DNA from: Albugo candida
Taxonomy: Eukaryota
Assembly (NCBI GenBank): GCA_040437565.1
Contig: JBDOQK010000054.1
Location: forward strand, 1-64,000
DNA: 64,000 nt
Reading direction: 5' to 3'
This document shows positions 12,084 to 24,829 of this stretch, in pieces. The translations under genes were made by a program, and so were the position numbers. Below the pieces are notes generated by a model. That model searched no databases. It worked only from the letters and a program-made list of their open reading frames with translations, and was not told where the DNA came from. Within the stretch, counting starts at the first letter, position 1, and the number at the start of each line of letters is the position of its first letter.

Positions 12084-13382
12084 AAATGTCATGTAGGTTC
12101 ATTTGAATTTTCTCTTTTGTGGTCTTCTTCGCTCATGAATGCATGCGCAACTAAGCAATAAACCATGCCACCATCTACGCCATGACTTATGACGCTGCCG
12201 TGGTGCAAAAATCACTGCGATAGCGCAGAGAGGGATATGCGATTTTCTTGCCTGCGTTTAGATGCTACCGAGGAGCATATTAAACACACATGGTTTTGAG
12301 TCAAGCGGGATGAACATGGTTGAGTGCAACGCCATAGGACACGACCGGTTGCGCAAGGATTTCGGCGAACAGCTGTAGTGAAATGTACAGATACCTACGC
12401 TCAGTTGCCAATACCAGTTCAATTTGAGTATTTCCTAGTTTGTAGAATAGAACATTCATGAGGTATAGTCGTAAAGCCAGAAAAACTAGAAAAAGAACGA
12501 CTATGCTCTAATTTTGAAATACTCCGTGCATCTCACATAAATTATGACTCCAATGTGATGTATTGTAGAAGGAAGCTATCGGCCAGTAGCTTGGACAAAA
12601 TTTCAGCACAATTCGTAGTACTTCCGATATTGGTATGCAGGATAATAATTTCTTCCTTAACATGGCCGTACCTGATGTTATTATCCTACTATACTCATGA
12701 GGATTGAGCTCTTTTTCGTCAGTAAAACTACATTTGTTCAGTAGCTCAATCCAGCTCAATCCATTCTTCGATCTCGATACTGTATTTTACCTTGTGCTAT
12801 CAAACATTACAATTCGTTAGTAACAAATAGGATTGCGAACATGCAAGTGCTGTATTACACGAACTCAAAACTTTCTATTTTAGCTTGTTCACGAGCTGAT
12901 CGGCATCTTTTGCTCGCATCTAATTCTGCCCATTTTGGTCTTACTGCAACGTATGATGGTTAATCCGTACATCATTATCAAAAGAACGCTTAACAAGAGA
13001 AAGAAAAGATTCAGGAAACACAACAGAATTCAAAGAATCAGTATCAGACTTTCTAGGCTTTCGATGCTCTAACATGGTATTCTAAATAGCGCTTATACTA
13101 TCATTTTCCCGTGAGAGAAGATTATACTTCCCAGAAAACACAAACGGCACTAGCGAGCAGGTTGGTTCAGGTCGAGAGCCGCACCAAGAAGTCTCGGGCT
13201 TGAGATGCAAAATATTTCGATCAGAGCAGCCACACCACACAATGATGAACAGAGAAAATTTGCGTCAAATATTTGGTCGTCAATTGAGAAGCTCAGAATC
13301 TATTTCAGTCAAATACGCAAACAGAGCTCTCGATCTCGTAGAAAATGATCAGGATGCTCGGATGGGTCAATTTTGCATGATT

Positions 13383-14780
13383 CTAGCCATTTTTTGGACA
13401 TTCTTTTAAACAGATTCTATCCCCTAAAAGAATCTTGCATCGAAACTTTGAAGATGACGCTACATATATCATCGCCTCTTTCACCCCACCCCCAAAGACC
13501 CGGAGTACAAAAGGGATCCAATAGTCATTTAACATCAAGATAATAAGCTGCATCTGACATGCACGCAAGTAAAGTCGGATACATTGATCGTCTCCAAAGA
13601 AGAGACCATGATCATCTAGAGCACGTTGCAGAAGCTGAAGTCTCGACTGGTCTTTTTCACCATTCACCCATGTGTCAATCAGGGTGTGGTCCACCTTAAT
13701 GGAGAGAAATTCATGCATAAACGTACAATTTTGGGGTTTCATGTCGTCTAATACCTTTGTGAGTTCTTTTACCGCCTTCGTCCGCTTTTTCATGATCATA
13801 TATCGTTCAATTGATTGTCGTAAGCTGTAGTCAAGTCTTGAAGCATGAGCCTACTAAATTGCCAGGCTTTTAGGTGCATTGCAAATACAACACTTCCTCT
13901 TGGCTCATCAAAATTCCTCATATCTGAGCCCATCAAATAGCTGTTTCGATCCAAATAGATTATGCATGCTACAAAGTCGCATCTTAATTGTGCCGAGGAA
14001 TTCTCGTCGGGACCAATCAGTGATTCCATCGTGAAACGTCCGTCTATGTGGAGCATGAACAGTCTGTTCGTTGGAATGAGGTGGAGACCACATCGAGATT
14101 TTCCGAGCTTCACATACTTTGATTGGAGAAATTAAACCAGGACTCAATTCGCAACCTTTCACAAAAGCCTACCGGGAACGATTAGGTGGCTTAATCAGTA
14201 TACCAATACTCAGCTTCCCAATACGTTGACCGAATCAAAAAAATTTAATGGAAGGTCCTGTCCCAATTCATCACACACGGATGTCGAGTCTATGTCAATC
14301 CATACGTCATAGCTGCCTCCTTCTACTGGATGTACAGTACAGTCTATTAGTTTACTCGCATCCGTGAAGCAGTAAGAAGTTTGTGTGAAGGCAAAACAAT
14401 ACGATGTTGCTGTGCTTTTTTCTGAGAAATTTCCTTGACTCCAAGACCAACTCGAGATTCTTACAGGTGCATGGATATCGGAGAAAAAAGCTTGTATTCG
14501 AATCGGAACAAATCCCAAGCTTCCTATCCTATTCGTACTCGAAATCTGCGAACGAGCTTTATCGGATTGCCCAAGCAATGGTGCCCCTTACATCTTGGAA
14601 GGGGGACGTATCCCCACGAAGCGGCGAGACGAACAAAAGTCACCCAAAAATAGCTCCAACACGTACCAGAAAGAAAGCTTCATCCCTATCAATACAAATG
14701 GTTGGAAACTTGGCTATATCGGGTATGATGATCAGCCAAGATTTTCGGAACAACAAAATTGAGACCATGAGAAATTCCAT
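13383..14780 (-). pseudogene. Possible decayed lineage-specific protein gene (unassigned)
   Basis: Chain of consecutive minus-strand ORFs of 105-138 aa (14210-14578, 13796-14113, 13383-13799) with a hydrophobic N-terminal segment near 14780. No recognisable domain. Confidence 0.25.
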
Positions 14781-17185
14781 GGTATTGATTGCGACAGTTA
14801 TTTGTTTCGCAACCGTCCCAGAAAGTTTTCAGGTGCTTTAACAATATGCTTCAATCGACTTTGGATATGCAGATGTGTTTCTGAGAAATCGTCAGGGGGA
14901 GAAAAGACGTCTTCATGGCAAGTAGTTAACCGATTCTCTCCCTTATACCTGTTTCATGAGATTAAACACATCTGGACGACCCAACTTGGCTGTGGCGCTC
15001 GATTGGTATCGCGTATTGCTTATCCATTACGACTTCTCCAATTGATTGCTCTTCCACCCAGTTTTATACGTTGAACCACGATTTGAGCATTTAATTTCTT
15101 CCGCCCACAATTACCAACGAAAAAGACCAGTGGAATTTGCGACTTCCAGCTTTGCGCTTGAGAAAAAAGCATCACACAAAAAAGCGACTCATTCCAGGTC
15201 TATAAAAATGTGGAGGGGATGGGATCATAACACAGTTGAGCCTGTAAGAGCAATCAGGAAAACCCTTCAGAAAACGAGGCTTGGTTTGATCAAATGGAAG
15301 GAATGAGTTTATAGGTACTGTATATCGACTCAGGATTTGGAAATGCATAGGCAGCCATGTGTCTGATTGTAAAATGAAGAATGATGCGATCGTGTGCTTG
15401 TCGCATAGGTCTGGAAAAGCAGAGACATGTCCCTAGAAAGGTTTCATCGTCTTTCCGTGGACCGCGCTGCTCAAGATACTTACAACAAGAGAAATTGATC
15501 TCACGTATACCGGGTCTAGTGATGTTGTGGACGCATGAGCATCGTTCATTCTTGAGAAAACAACGTCTGTAGCCTTATCTGTGAATGGAATGATGCTCTC
15601 ATTCTTACAAAAGTCGAGAGATGAAGATCTGAACTTTCGGGTCTTTATTTCTGCCTGAGTGTGTCGTTTTTCTATCTATGAATCCTACCCACCTAGCTCC
15701 AGAATTAAGGAATAACGAAAAGGCAATCAAATGTAAGTTGTACAACTGTAGTACCTCGAAGCATCAACGCATTTCCCTGTATGTTGATCATCCGGACTTT
15801 AGGTTGAAGTCCTCAGAGATGACGTTCAGTCTTACGTCTCAAGTTGATTATTACACATGCGGGCAAGGGACTCGGCGATATTTGTGTCGAGCTCCTTGCT
15901 TGATTAAGATAACTGCTATTCTAAGCTCGAAAAAATTGTATTCGACCTAGAAGCGGTAGTGCTGCAAGAGGTCACCACGTTCTTGGAATATATCCATTTG
16001 TTTCGTGCACCTTACCAAGATGATCTAGCTAGCTGAAGCTTCGCTGATATAGCATGATTAATCAATTTGCTTGCGTCGACTTCGCTAGCTGGATTTTCAG
16101 TCCTGAACTGACGCAGGTCCATTTGTTTGTTGTACCGAATCGCTTGTCTCTCATGTGTTCTTAACATTTCAATCGCACTTACATATACCCAACATTTAAT
16201 GCTAGTTGCTTAAATACGTCAAATCACCTATATTGTCGCCCTAGAGGATTTTAGAGCATGTTGACATTGACAATACCAATCCGCTTCAGCTAAGGTGGGA
16301 TCTACCTTCGTCTGAGTTGAGATTTGCTGAAAGGCGAAGTACTGTTTACCGTAGTCATGATTTGTGATGTTCAACACAGAACATTCTAATTACGTCCATT
16401 GAGAATTTCGCATTCATGATTTTCGACTTTATGCCATTGAACACGAATCAAGGGTCGAAGTGGTTACCAGATATCCAATACCTCAGATTTATAGGATTAG
16501 TGTGCGATACTTGAGGCTTTCAAAAAATCGACTGATTCACATACCGTTCGTGCTATGTTTCAGACCTACAAATTAATGTATTGTAGAGAAGATTCCGTTT
16601 TTCGGAAAAAGTGGCTTGTTCATCATATCAGAGCCATAGCCTTGATCGGTTCTTGAATTGCTGAGAATGCACTTGAGCTTGATTGAGCTATCCTGACATC
16701 CTCGGCCGTCCTTATGAAGTAAGTTGTATGTATCAAATTGATCGATCTATTCTAGATAGCGTAGGGGGCTTCATGTCTCGAAAAAGCTTCGCCGCGCACT
16801 TATCCCACGTATCAGATATATCTGCGATTGTGTGATGGACTTGTGTCAGTTTCAAACCATTGTATTTTATAGGATAATTAAAGAATCCTGGCTCACTTAT
16901 CTGTTTGGCAAATCCAGTTCTCCAACTATATATAACTATGTATGCTGTCAAATGGAGGTTTTCACAGTAAGTTACATCTATATTACTTTGTTTGGGAAAT
17001 ACCCAAGCGCCAATTCGATCACGTACTCAATGCAGCACGATAAGGGAGTTCGTTTGCGGTTGTAAACAAACATGCGATTGGGCGCATGAAAAAGATCCTG
17101 GACAGACATGCTCGACGCAGAGACGATCCTCGGACCGCCGGTTGTTTTCTTAGGTAAAAATAGGAGTGTATTAGAGAAAATTTAG

Positions 17186-17343
17186 GGAATTGCTATTCCA
17201 CCCAGCTTTTTGCTATTTCCACCCACCAATGTGACTTTTTGACCAATCAGATTACGACGTTATTACCACACGAATGTGACTTTCTGACCAATCAGATTAC
17301 GGTGTTATTTATACCCAACTTTTTACTATTTCCACTCACCTTT
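17186..17343 (+). repeat. Left TIR of the MULE, with an internal ~45-bp tandem duplication
   Basis: Reverse complement of about 20001-20112. The unit aatgtgacttt(t/c)tgaccaatcagattacg..gttatt occurs twice on the left and once on the right. Confidence 0.88.
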
Positions 17344-17746
17344 ACCAATGTCCTCTTTCATCAATTGCAACCAATCTTTTGCCACTCGTTGTGACCTCCT
17401 TGAACACGTTCGCCACGTGTGTCGTGAGTCTGGCTATGGGGTGTCGATAAACGTTCAGATGGAGACAGGAAAGTTTTGCTTGCTTGTAATTTTGGTGGGG
17501 AGTATAGGAAACGCTCTTCTGGAAGTATTGAGGGGAAGACACGAAAGCCAGGAACCAGACTACAGGGGTGTCCAAGGGAGGCTTTTGGAAAGAAAAATGG
17601 AGATCGTTGCTGGAAGGTCAAAGTGCGCAACAGCCAACTCAATCATGAACCTTCAGAGAGTATGACTGGGCGCCCAGGATGCCGAAGAATTACTGAAGAA
17701 GAAAAAGGCCGCGTACAGGAACTCGTATCAGCTGAAGTCTCCGCAC

Positions 17747-18462
17747 CCTCGAGCAACGAAAGCTCTCGCGTTGTCGGAACTTTTATTCATGTGAACTGCT
17801 CCAACATTCTGCACAAACGATCACTGGATCCAATATCTCACCGATGGACCAGTGATCTGGATTCCGGGTCATCATTGTCGTTTACTTCCAACCAACGTGA
17901 TCCTATCCTTCTTCCGCTCCGACGTGGGCATAAAGTGTTGGTATCAATGGTTTGGAAGTAGATGGCGCGGAGTTCTCCATGGTGACATCGCTGAGCTTTC
18001 AGTCAACCTCAGCTTTTATCCAAAGGAACATAAAACACTTCACATCTCACAGCAAGATGGTGAAACGAGGCTGATTTCTGATCCACTTCAGCTTGAATGC
18101 TAAGGGCACCTCGATTATTTCAACGTGGAACAATGTCTCAGCACTACACTCACGGTGAATGTCAATGGAATTCATAAAAATGGTCATCTTTTTATCGACC
18201 ACATCCTATCACAACACTCCATTTGCTGTGTTCAAGAAACCAAGTTTCACGATCNNNNNNNNNNNNNNNNNNNNNNNNNNNNNNNNNNNNNNNNNNNNNN
18301 NNNNNNNNNNNNNNNNNNNNNNNNNNNNNNNNNNNNNNNNNNNNNNNNNNNNNNTCACAGGTATTTCACGAAACGTTTTTTATATGTATATATGTTATTT
18401 AAGATAGCCTAGGCAAGTAGAGAAGTCAGTTAGTCTAATTCTAGTAATATAGACACCTCTAA
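17747..18462 (+). mobile_element. Non-LTR retrotransposon (LINE) inserted in the MULE transposase; most of it lost in the gap 18255-18354
   Basis: APE-endonuclease N-terminus TVNVNGI..ICCVQETK at about 18140-18254. Flanked by a perfect 15-bp direct repeat ctgaagtctccgcac (17732-17746 and 18463-18477). Confidence 0.88.
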
Positions 18463-20000
18463 CTGAAGTCTCCGCACGTCCGGGATTGACACTTTTGCAT
18501 CGTGGATTTCCCGAATCACTGGCTACGGCGAAAACCTTTAACAACGCCAAAGTGCAATATCGTCTGAAGGAATTGGCAGGCAGGTCCCCGATCCAGGCTT
18601 TGATGCATGAACTCACATCGAGCGCGTGAACGTATAGTGTCAAAGCACCGGTGATGGGCACGTGATACATTTGTTCATGGCCCATCCAACATCCATCCGC
18701 TTAGCTGGCCGGTATTGTGGGATTCTTCTCTTGGATTGTACGTACAAAACGAGCAAATTCAGGATGCCTCTGCTGAGCATTGCTGGACAAACGTGAATGA
18801 ACTCAACATTCTACTTGGCTTTTGTATATTTATCAGCGGAGGGGAAGACAGATTATATCTGGGCACTTGAGCAGTTGCGAAACATGTTGGTACAAACTCC
18901 AGACGTTCTGGTGACAGATCGCGACTTGGCACTATCTAGTTCCGTTGAAGAAATATCTCCGGAGTGCGCACATCTCTTATGCATGTGGTAAATTAATGTT
19001 TGCAGATTGAAGACAATTGCAAAAACTATGATGCAGGATGGAGCGCATTTAAAATTAAGTATGCTGGAAAATCGGACGTTGTCAGCTATTTGGAGAAAGC
19101 CTGGATTCCCACATAAGGCAAAATTTGTGCGTTCCTGGACAGACAAGGTGATGCATTTTCCAAATAGTTCGACGTAGGCGGTTGAAGGAGAGAATTCAGC
19201 TTCAAAGCGGTACCTACAAACATTTACTGAAAATCTGGATCTTGTTCAGGAAAGAATGAAGCTAGCCATTAAGCACCAATCCCGGGAGCTTGAAGCAAAC
19301 ATTGCTAGCGAACGCATCCGAATCCCACATGTATTCCGTGGTAGTGTAACTTATGAGCAGCTGGTTGAACGCGTCTCCATTTTTGCTCTGAAAATAATCG
19401 AAGAGATATCTAATAGACCGGAAGAGGATTTGAAGAATGCGTGCAGTCATACGCTGCGGAGCACCATGGAATAACCATGTGTGCATGAAATCCATGAGGT
19501 TTGTAACAGCCCCATATCCTTAACATTGATCCACTAGCATTGGCACCTAGGTGACATTAATTACAATGCAATAACGGAAGGGGCCAAGCAAGTTTCCATC
19601 ATGAGGAACAACATCACATCGTTCCAGCTCCACTTGAAAGCACTGTAAAGCTGCTATTTAAATTGCTCGCCAGCCCAACAGTCAATCATTCATGCTAAAA
19701 TTTCGGAATTGGGAATCTTTCGGTCCTTGCTGAATCTTCTGTCGTGAAGGCGAACGGACGTCCACTTGGGGCCCAACATAAGGTTCCCAATTCATCAACA
19801 AAGCGCGAACCGTCAGCATTTGAGCACGCAATGCAGCCTAAGCGGCGATGTAAAAAAATTCAACAGGGAGGGACATGATATCCGAAAATGTCCCATGAAG
19901 ATTTCAACACTATTTTTATTTTGTAGGCAAGATGCAGGTGAGCAAAGTAAAAGGAAAAACTGAATTTGTATATACTGATTTTGCCTAATCATATAAGAAA

Positions 20001-20112
20001 AAGGTGGGTGGAAATAGTAAAAATTGGTGTGGTAATAACGGCGTAATCTGATCGGTCAAAAAATTATATTGGTGGGTGGAAAAGCAAAAAGCTGGGTGGA
20101 AATAGCAATTCC
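20001..20112 (-). repeat. Right TIR of the MULE
   Basis: Inverted match to 17186-17343. Confidence 0.88.
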
Positions 20113-22130
20113 CAAAGTTAGTGTTGCCAAAACCTTCTAAACCTAAGTTCTTGCATAATTATGCTCCTCGATAGGTAGAAAATACGGCTCGCATTGAACT
20201 AACAAAGTAAATCTCCTCCAGACTCAACTTGCACAAACTTCAACGTCAGTCGATTTCGAACAAAAGAACTGTTCGCACGGCTTATATGGTTTGGGTAGGG
20301 TTATTGTGATTCAAGGATCAAGACACGTGAGAAAGGGCTCAGTTGCGGTTTCAACAGCTTAATGGTGAATGTGTCGAGTTGGAAGCTAACTCTAAAGTAC
20401 TGCCCCATAAATGTTCTTTGGATATCTTGTCCGGTCCTGAGGTGCGATTGTTATCGCTTCTTTTGAGCCGCTTGTAGCAATAAAGCTCGTCACAAATATG
20501 TGTACTCTTACAAGAAAAAATACTTTTCTTCGCTGATTCGCATTCTCGTTTTCGGTCATGTCTAGTGTAGCGCATCATGCGCCTTGCTTCTCACTTTGGC
20601 TCTGTAATGTTTTGCTGTCTTGAAAAGCATAGAGGTGATAAAAAACTGCTTTTCATTCCGAGTCGGGCGGATCAAAGTGCACATATGATCGTTGCTTCAT
20701 GCGTAGCTGTTTCCTTTATCTCATAAGTTCTTGTTCCATTCTAGTACTCTCATGAGAGGCGTGGGGATGTTCTTACACTTAGTTAAAGCAGTGCGATCAT
20801 GCTTTGATAAGATTTTGGTATGAATCATATCTAACATCATACAAATGACAAATTGAAAGAAACCATGAATTTAAGAAACCTGCGTTTAGCTTATTGCTTG
20901 CGTTGCTTGCGTTTGATAAGGGTGTATTAGTTTCTTTTCACTATTTTTCTTTCGATGAATATGCCTTCTGAATATAAAAATCTTCGTAAGATCTGCTTGT
21001 ATAGCAATGGACCCTATCAAGCACTGTAGAAAAAATTCTGTCCAATTTGACGGAAGGCATCGATCCAATTTAGTATATGCGGACCACTGCGCTTAGAAAG
21101 GCTTTTCAATTCTTTATAGTGTCCGTGATTTATAAGACGTGTAGATCATAGCGCCGTCTTCGATTTCTGGTAACTCATGCATTATTGTCGGCAGCTTTTG
21201 ATCGACTACCTGGTGTCATCTCTTTTCTCATTCATGTTTATTTTACTTTCTCAAGTTGATTGAAAAGAAGCAATCGAGGATGTTTGAGTGGCGAGCTTTG
21301 TAAAACTTGAGGGAGACTCTGATTGCAGTTTCTTTTAAATCTGGTTGATTTCCTCAAATAGCCATGTTAGAGCCAGCATGAATGATTCCTTTTAGTTTTG
21401 AATCAAACAGTTTTAGGATTGACTAGCGTCGAAAAATATAAATTCTAATGGCATCGCTTTACTAATACCGAAGGCGCACTAATCAGCGCTTCTTTCAATA
21501 ACGCCAATATCGATTGATTCACCTCCATCCATTTCCTCACAATAAAAATGTCAGCCGGAGCTTTTCGGAGCTTTTCTTGGATGCGATAGTAGACCCTCTG
21601 TGGTCACTTCTGGAAGCTTTAGTCAACCATGAGATTGAAAGAGATTGTGAAGGTTGATCATAGATAATAAGACACTAATTCCTATGCATCCTCAAAAAAG
21701 CACCAGCCACAACGTCGACATGATTTTCTTGCGGCCCTGCCATAGATAGTACTTGATGTTTTAATCGCGTGAGAGAGTATACATACAAGACGTATATTTC
21801 GAACTTCTCTGTGTACACAATATGTCCAATATTGCTATTTGCAGCACTTCCTTATCCTATCTCTTAAATTTCAAGAAAAAATGTTTCGTTGGTGATTTGT
21901 GGACAGCTGCATTTTGGAATTGGCAGTGGCGCTTGTTTACCACTATAATGAGATGAAACGATAAAATCGAGCTTTTGGTGGGTAGGAGTTGTTACGGAGA
22001 TGCGAAGGCGCAAGAGCTTTCATAAAAATCCAGTATCCGACGAGGTTCAGTTCTCTTCAAAGTCAATATCGCACGAGGATGTCAAAGGCATCGTCAACTC
22101 AGCGATTACGCGGGGCTCTTTATGTGCTCT

Positions 22131-22902
22131 TCATCTGAGATACTTGTATGTCATGTGTGACTGCATGTCTAGCTTGAGATCATTGAATTGACAATTTTTA
22201 TCTATGGATGTGACGATAGAAATCTGAACATGCTCAAAATGAGCCTCAACGACAGGAGCAAGACAAGAACACTGAATTATTCTGTCAAAAAAGGATGTTT
22301 TGAGTGGAAAAAACGATAACGAGAACCAAGGCGCCTTGCCGAAACACACAGTCAGCAAACAAGGAAAAGACTCGGTATAATCATCTTGATCGTACCAGAA
22401 TGTGGCGTATGCAGCATCCCACTGCATGAGATACACATATATCCTCGTGTTGACCATTGCCATAGCCTCAAAGGGTCCCTGGTACAAACAGCAGACATAA
22501 ACGCGCATTCGCAGCCTTACACATAACCATTCATCTCGGCGAGTGCAAATGTTATAAGTAACAGTACTACCGCAAGCATTCAGTCCGTGCGCGATCATAA
22601 GAGTGATATTACGACGAAGCATGCACTAGCCATTACATGCATCCAACATCCACTTCCAGAATGATTTATCGATGCACATCTCTCGCTGCCGACCATCCGA
22701 TTCATGGAGCGCTCGAGGATCAGTGGCAACCTCTCGAAATACGTTTCCTGATGAAAATCAAGAAAGCCATAATGAGCAATGCAGTGAAGAAGACGTCATA
22801 CTTTTGCGTGGTTATAAAGTCGAATAGAATCTGACCGATCGTTTTGTGATTCATAATGCTCACCGTAAGAGCACCAAAGAGCGCTGCGTGTTCCAACATC
22901 AA
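22131..22902 (-). pseudogene. Possible decayed membrane-protein gene (unassigned)
   Basis: Hydrophobic minus-strand ORF pieces (FFTALLIMAFLIFI etc.) interrupted by stops. No family recognised. Confidence 0.2.
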
Positions 22903-23777
22903 TCACCGTGGATATCCTTAAATCTGATACCTTCTGCATGGCCCCTTTTCATTTTTGTAACTCATAATGTCCGTAGCAACCCGCTCTCATGTGTACAGAT
23001 TGTCGCTCTCACCGCTGGTCTTCTTCCCTTAATATCCACCGGTACATTATCAATGCGCCACCAGTTTTTCCCTCTCCTAATTCAGCCCTATAATTTGACC
23101 AGTACTGAGCACATCCCACTCTGGGCATAGAGTCAGACTCAATGTTAGGGGGGTTTCATCCCATCGTCTATAACCTACAAAGTTGGATAGAACAGCCATA
23201 TTACGTTGACCACGCGACTATCGACTTGGAATTTACCAACAGGGAGGAGAGACGCCATTCTCTATGTATACTTTGCATGAACAAAAGAAGCCTGGAGATA
23301 TATTGAGCAAATAGAAGGATTGAACTCGGTATACGGTTTAGTTTTTTTTGTGATAGAAGTCGACGACACTGATACACAACGTTTGTGTCTTTCGTTGCGC
23401 GCAAGATAACATACGCTTGGATACCTGGAGTGGTGTGTTGTGTAGAAGCCAGCTGAGTGTTAGCATTCATTTCACGATCAATTGTGTTGTCGTAGAAAAG
23501 GCAGTTCCTAGTGGAAGTAGTATTGAGAAAGACCAAAACAGAAGCGTTGACCTTGTTGTGCTGTTGTGCTGGAAGGAAAACGAGGTTGAGAACAGGCTCA
23601 AGGTTTTACTCAGTTTGGTGCTACTTGATCGTGTTGTCGTTATGGAATCCGGTTGCTGAAATCATACGTGGAAGGAATATGATATATGATTGGTCTCTTA
23701 ACGCTGACGACAGTGCGAAATTGCCGTTGAATAAATTCTGGCTTTCTGGCATCGATCGTTTGGCGCACTTCAATTTA

Positions 23778-23793
23778 CTCACTTTCAAATTTT
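23778..23793 (+). promoter_or_regulatory. Oomycete INR+FPR core promoter-like motif
   Basis: ctcactttcaaatttt fits the TCAYTY-N-AWTTT core promoter pattern, 30 nt upstream of ATG 23823. Confidence 0.6.
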
Positions 23794-23822
23794 CTTCGAA
23801 ACAACTCACCACTACAAGCGGA

Positions 23823-24572
23823 ATGTGTACACTGCGACGTCTTTTATTGTTTTTGCTGCTCCAAGTGTTTAGCCCTTCAAGCAATGGTAGCGACGAATGC
23901 TTTATCAAAAAAGATCAGTCTTGTACGCGCAATCAAATGGGAACCCAGTATGCCTCTGCATTTCTATTATCCCCACAATCTTCAGCTGTGGAATATTTTT
24001 GTCACCCTTCTTTTCTGAAAGAAACAAGTAAAGGAAAATCCCCTTACCAGCTTCGTCCAAATGGAATTGGAAAAGATTGTAATACGTTCCGATACGAGTT
24101 TTATAAAAATCAAATTGAATTTGCAAGAAGTCATGAATTCTCTTTCGTTCCCACGCTTGTTATGAAATCACATACAACCAGCTGGAATGTTCAGATTAAA
24201 GAACTATCGGCCAATGGCAAGGTGAGATATGGCCCGCGTTCATTTTTTTTCCACATGGGAGCACGAACAGAATTCCACATACCTGAGTTTCAATCATTGG
24301 AACAAGGTAGTAATGTATTTAGATTAACCACCAACGAAGGAAAACAAACTTTGATTATATCAGTTCCACCCTCAAAGATTGCCCAATCCGACTCCGATTC
24401 ATGGTATCTGGTCATTGGTAACGATTTACTAGAGAATTTGCGCATTGGATTTAGAAAAGTAGGCGAAGAACAGTTCGAGGTAGGTCTTGGAAAGATGTCG
24501 ATTGAAGCTAGCAGCTCTACCTCTACACATGATGTTCCTGGAAGAGAATTTCATATTGATATCAAGGAATAA
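23823..24572 (+). CDS. Secreted protein, 249 aa, candidate effector with a CCG/CHxC-like N-terminal motif
   Basis: Intact intronless frame from ATG 23823. Signal-peptide-like MCTLRRLLLFLLLQVFSPSSNG. Cys cluster C..DQSCTRNQMG..YFC..C. INR/FPR-like motif upstream. Confidence 0.7.
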   Translation: MCTLRRLLLFLLLQVFSPSSNGSDECFIKKDQSCTRNQMGTQYASAFLLSPQSSAVEYFCHPSFLKETSKGKSPYQLRPNGIGKDCNTFRYEFYKNQIEFARSHEFSFVPTLVMKSHTTSWNVQIKELSANGKVRYGPRSFFFHMGARTEFHIPEFQSLEQGSNVFRLTTNEGKQTLIISVPPSKIAQSDSDSWYLVIGNDLLENLRIGFRKVGEEQFEVGLGKMSIEASSSTSTHDVPGREFHIDIKE

Positions 24573-24829
24573 ACTTCAATTCATCATGCCTCCTGAAAAT
24601 TCTTTTTGAGAAGCGTCACTTTGCGCCTCACGATCATACCGTGCTTTCCTTCCCACCAGCAGCATGCTTCTTAATGTTGGGCTTTATAGCCAGTTAAATG
24701 TAAGAAAACTAACACTGCGTGATAAAGAACACGGTACGTGTAACGGTTGTCAATTGATCCTTATGACCACCGAACAAAATGCACAAGAAACCGATCCATC
24801 TGAGCGATACTTGCGCGTCAGCAACGCTC

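Larger units (their letters stand above)
17186..20112 (+). mobile_element. Mutator-like (MULE) DNA transposon with ~110-bp TIRs and a degenerate transposase
   Basis: TIRs ggaattgcta(t)ttccacccagc... at both ends. Degenerate 9-bp TSD aaaatttag / caaagttag. FAR1-like N-terminus (LAC..GGEYR..TRLQGCP..WKVKVRNSQLNHEP), MULE core LLDCTYKTSKFRMPLL..VTDRDLAL..HLLCMW, C-terminal PCVHEI and GHDIRKCP. Confidence 0.93.

Noticed and set aside
23511..23822. N-terminal extension of the 353-aa ORF from a GTG start
   Set aside because: Eukaryotic context; the promoter motif and signal peptide point to ATG 23823.
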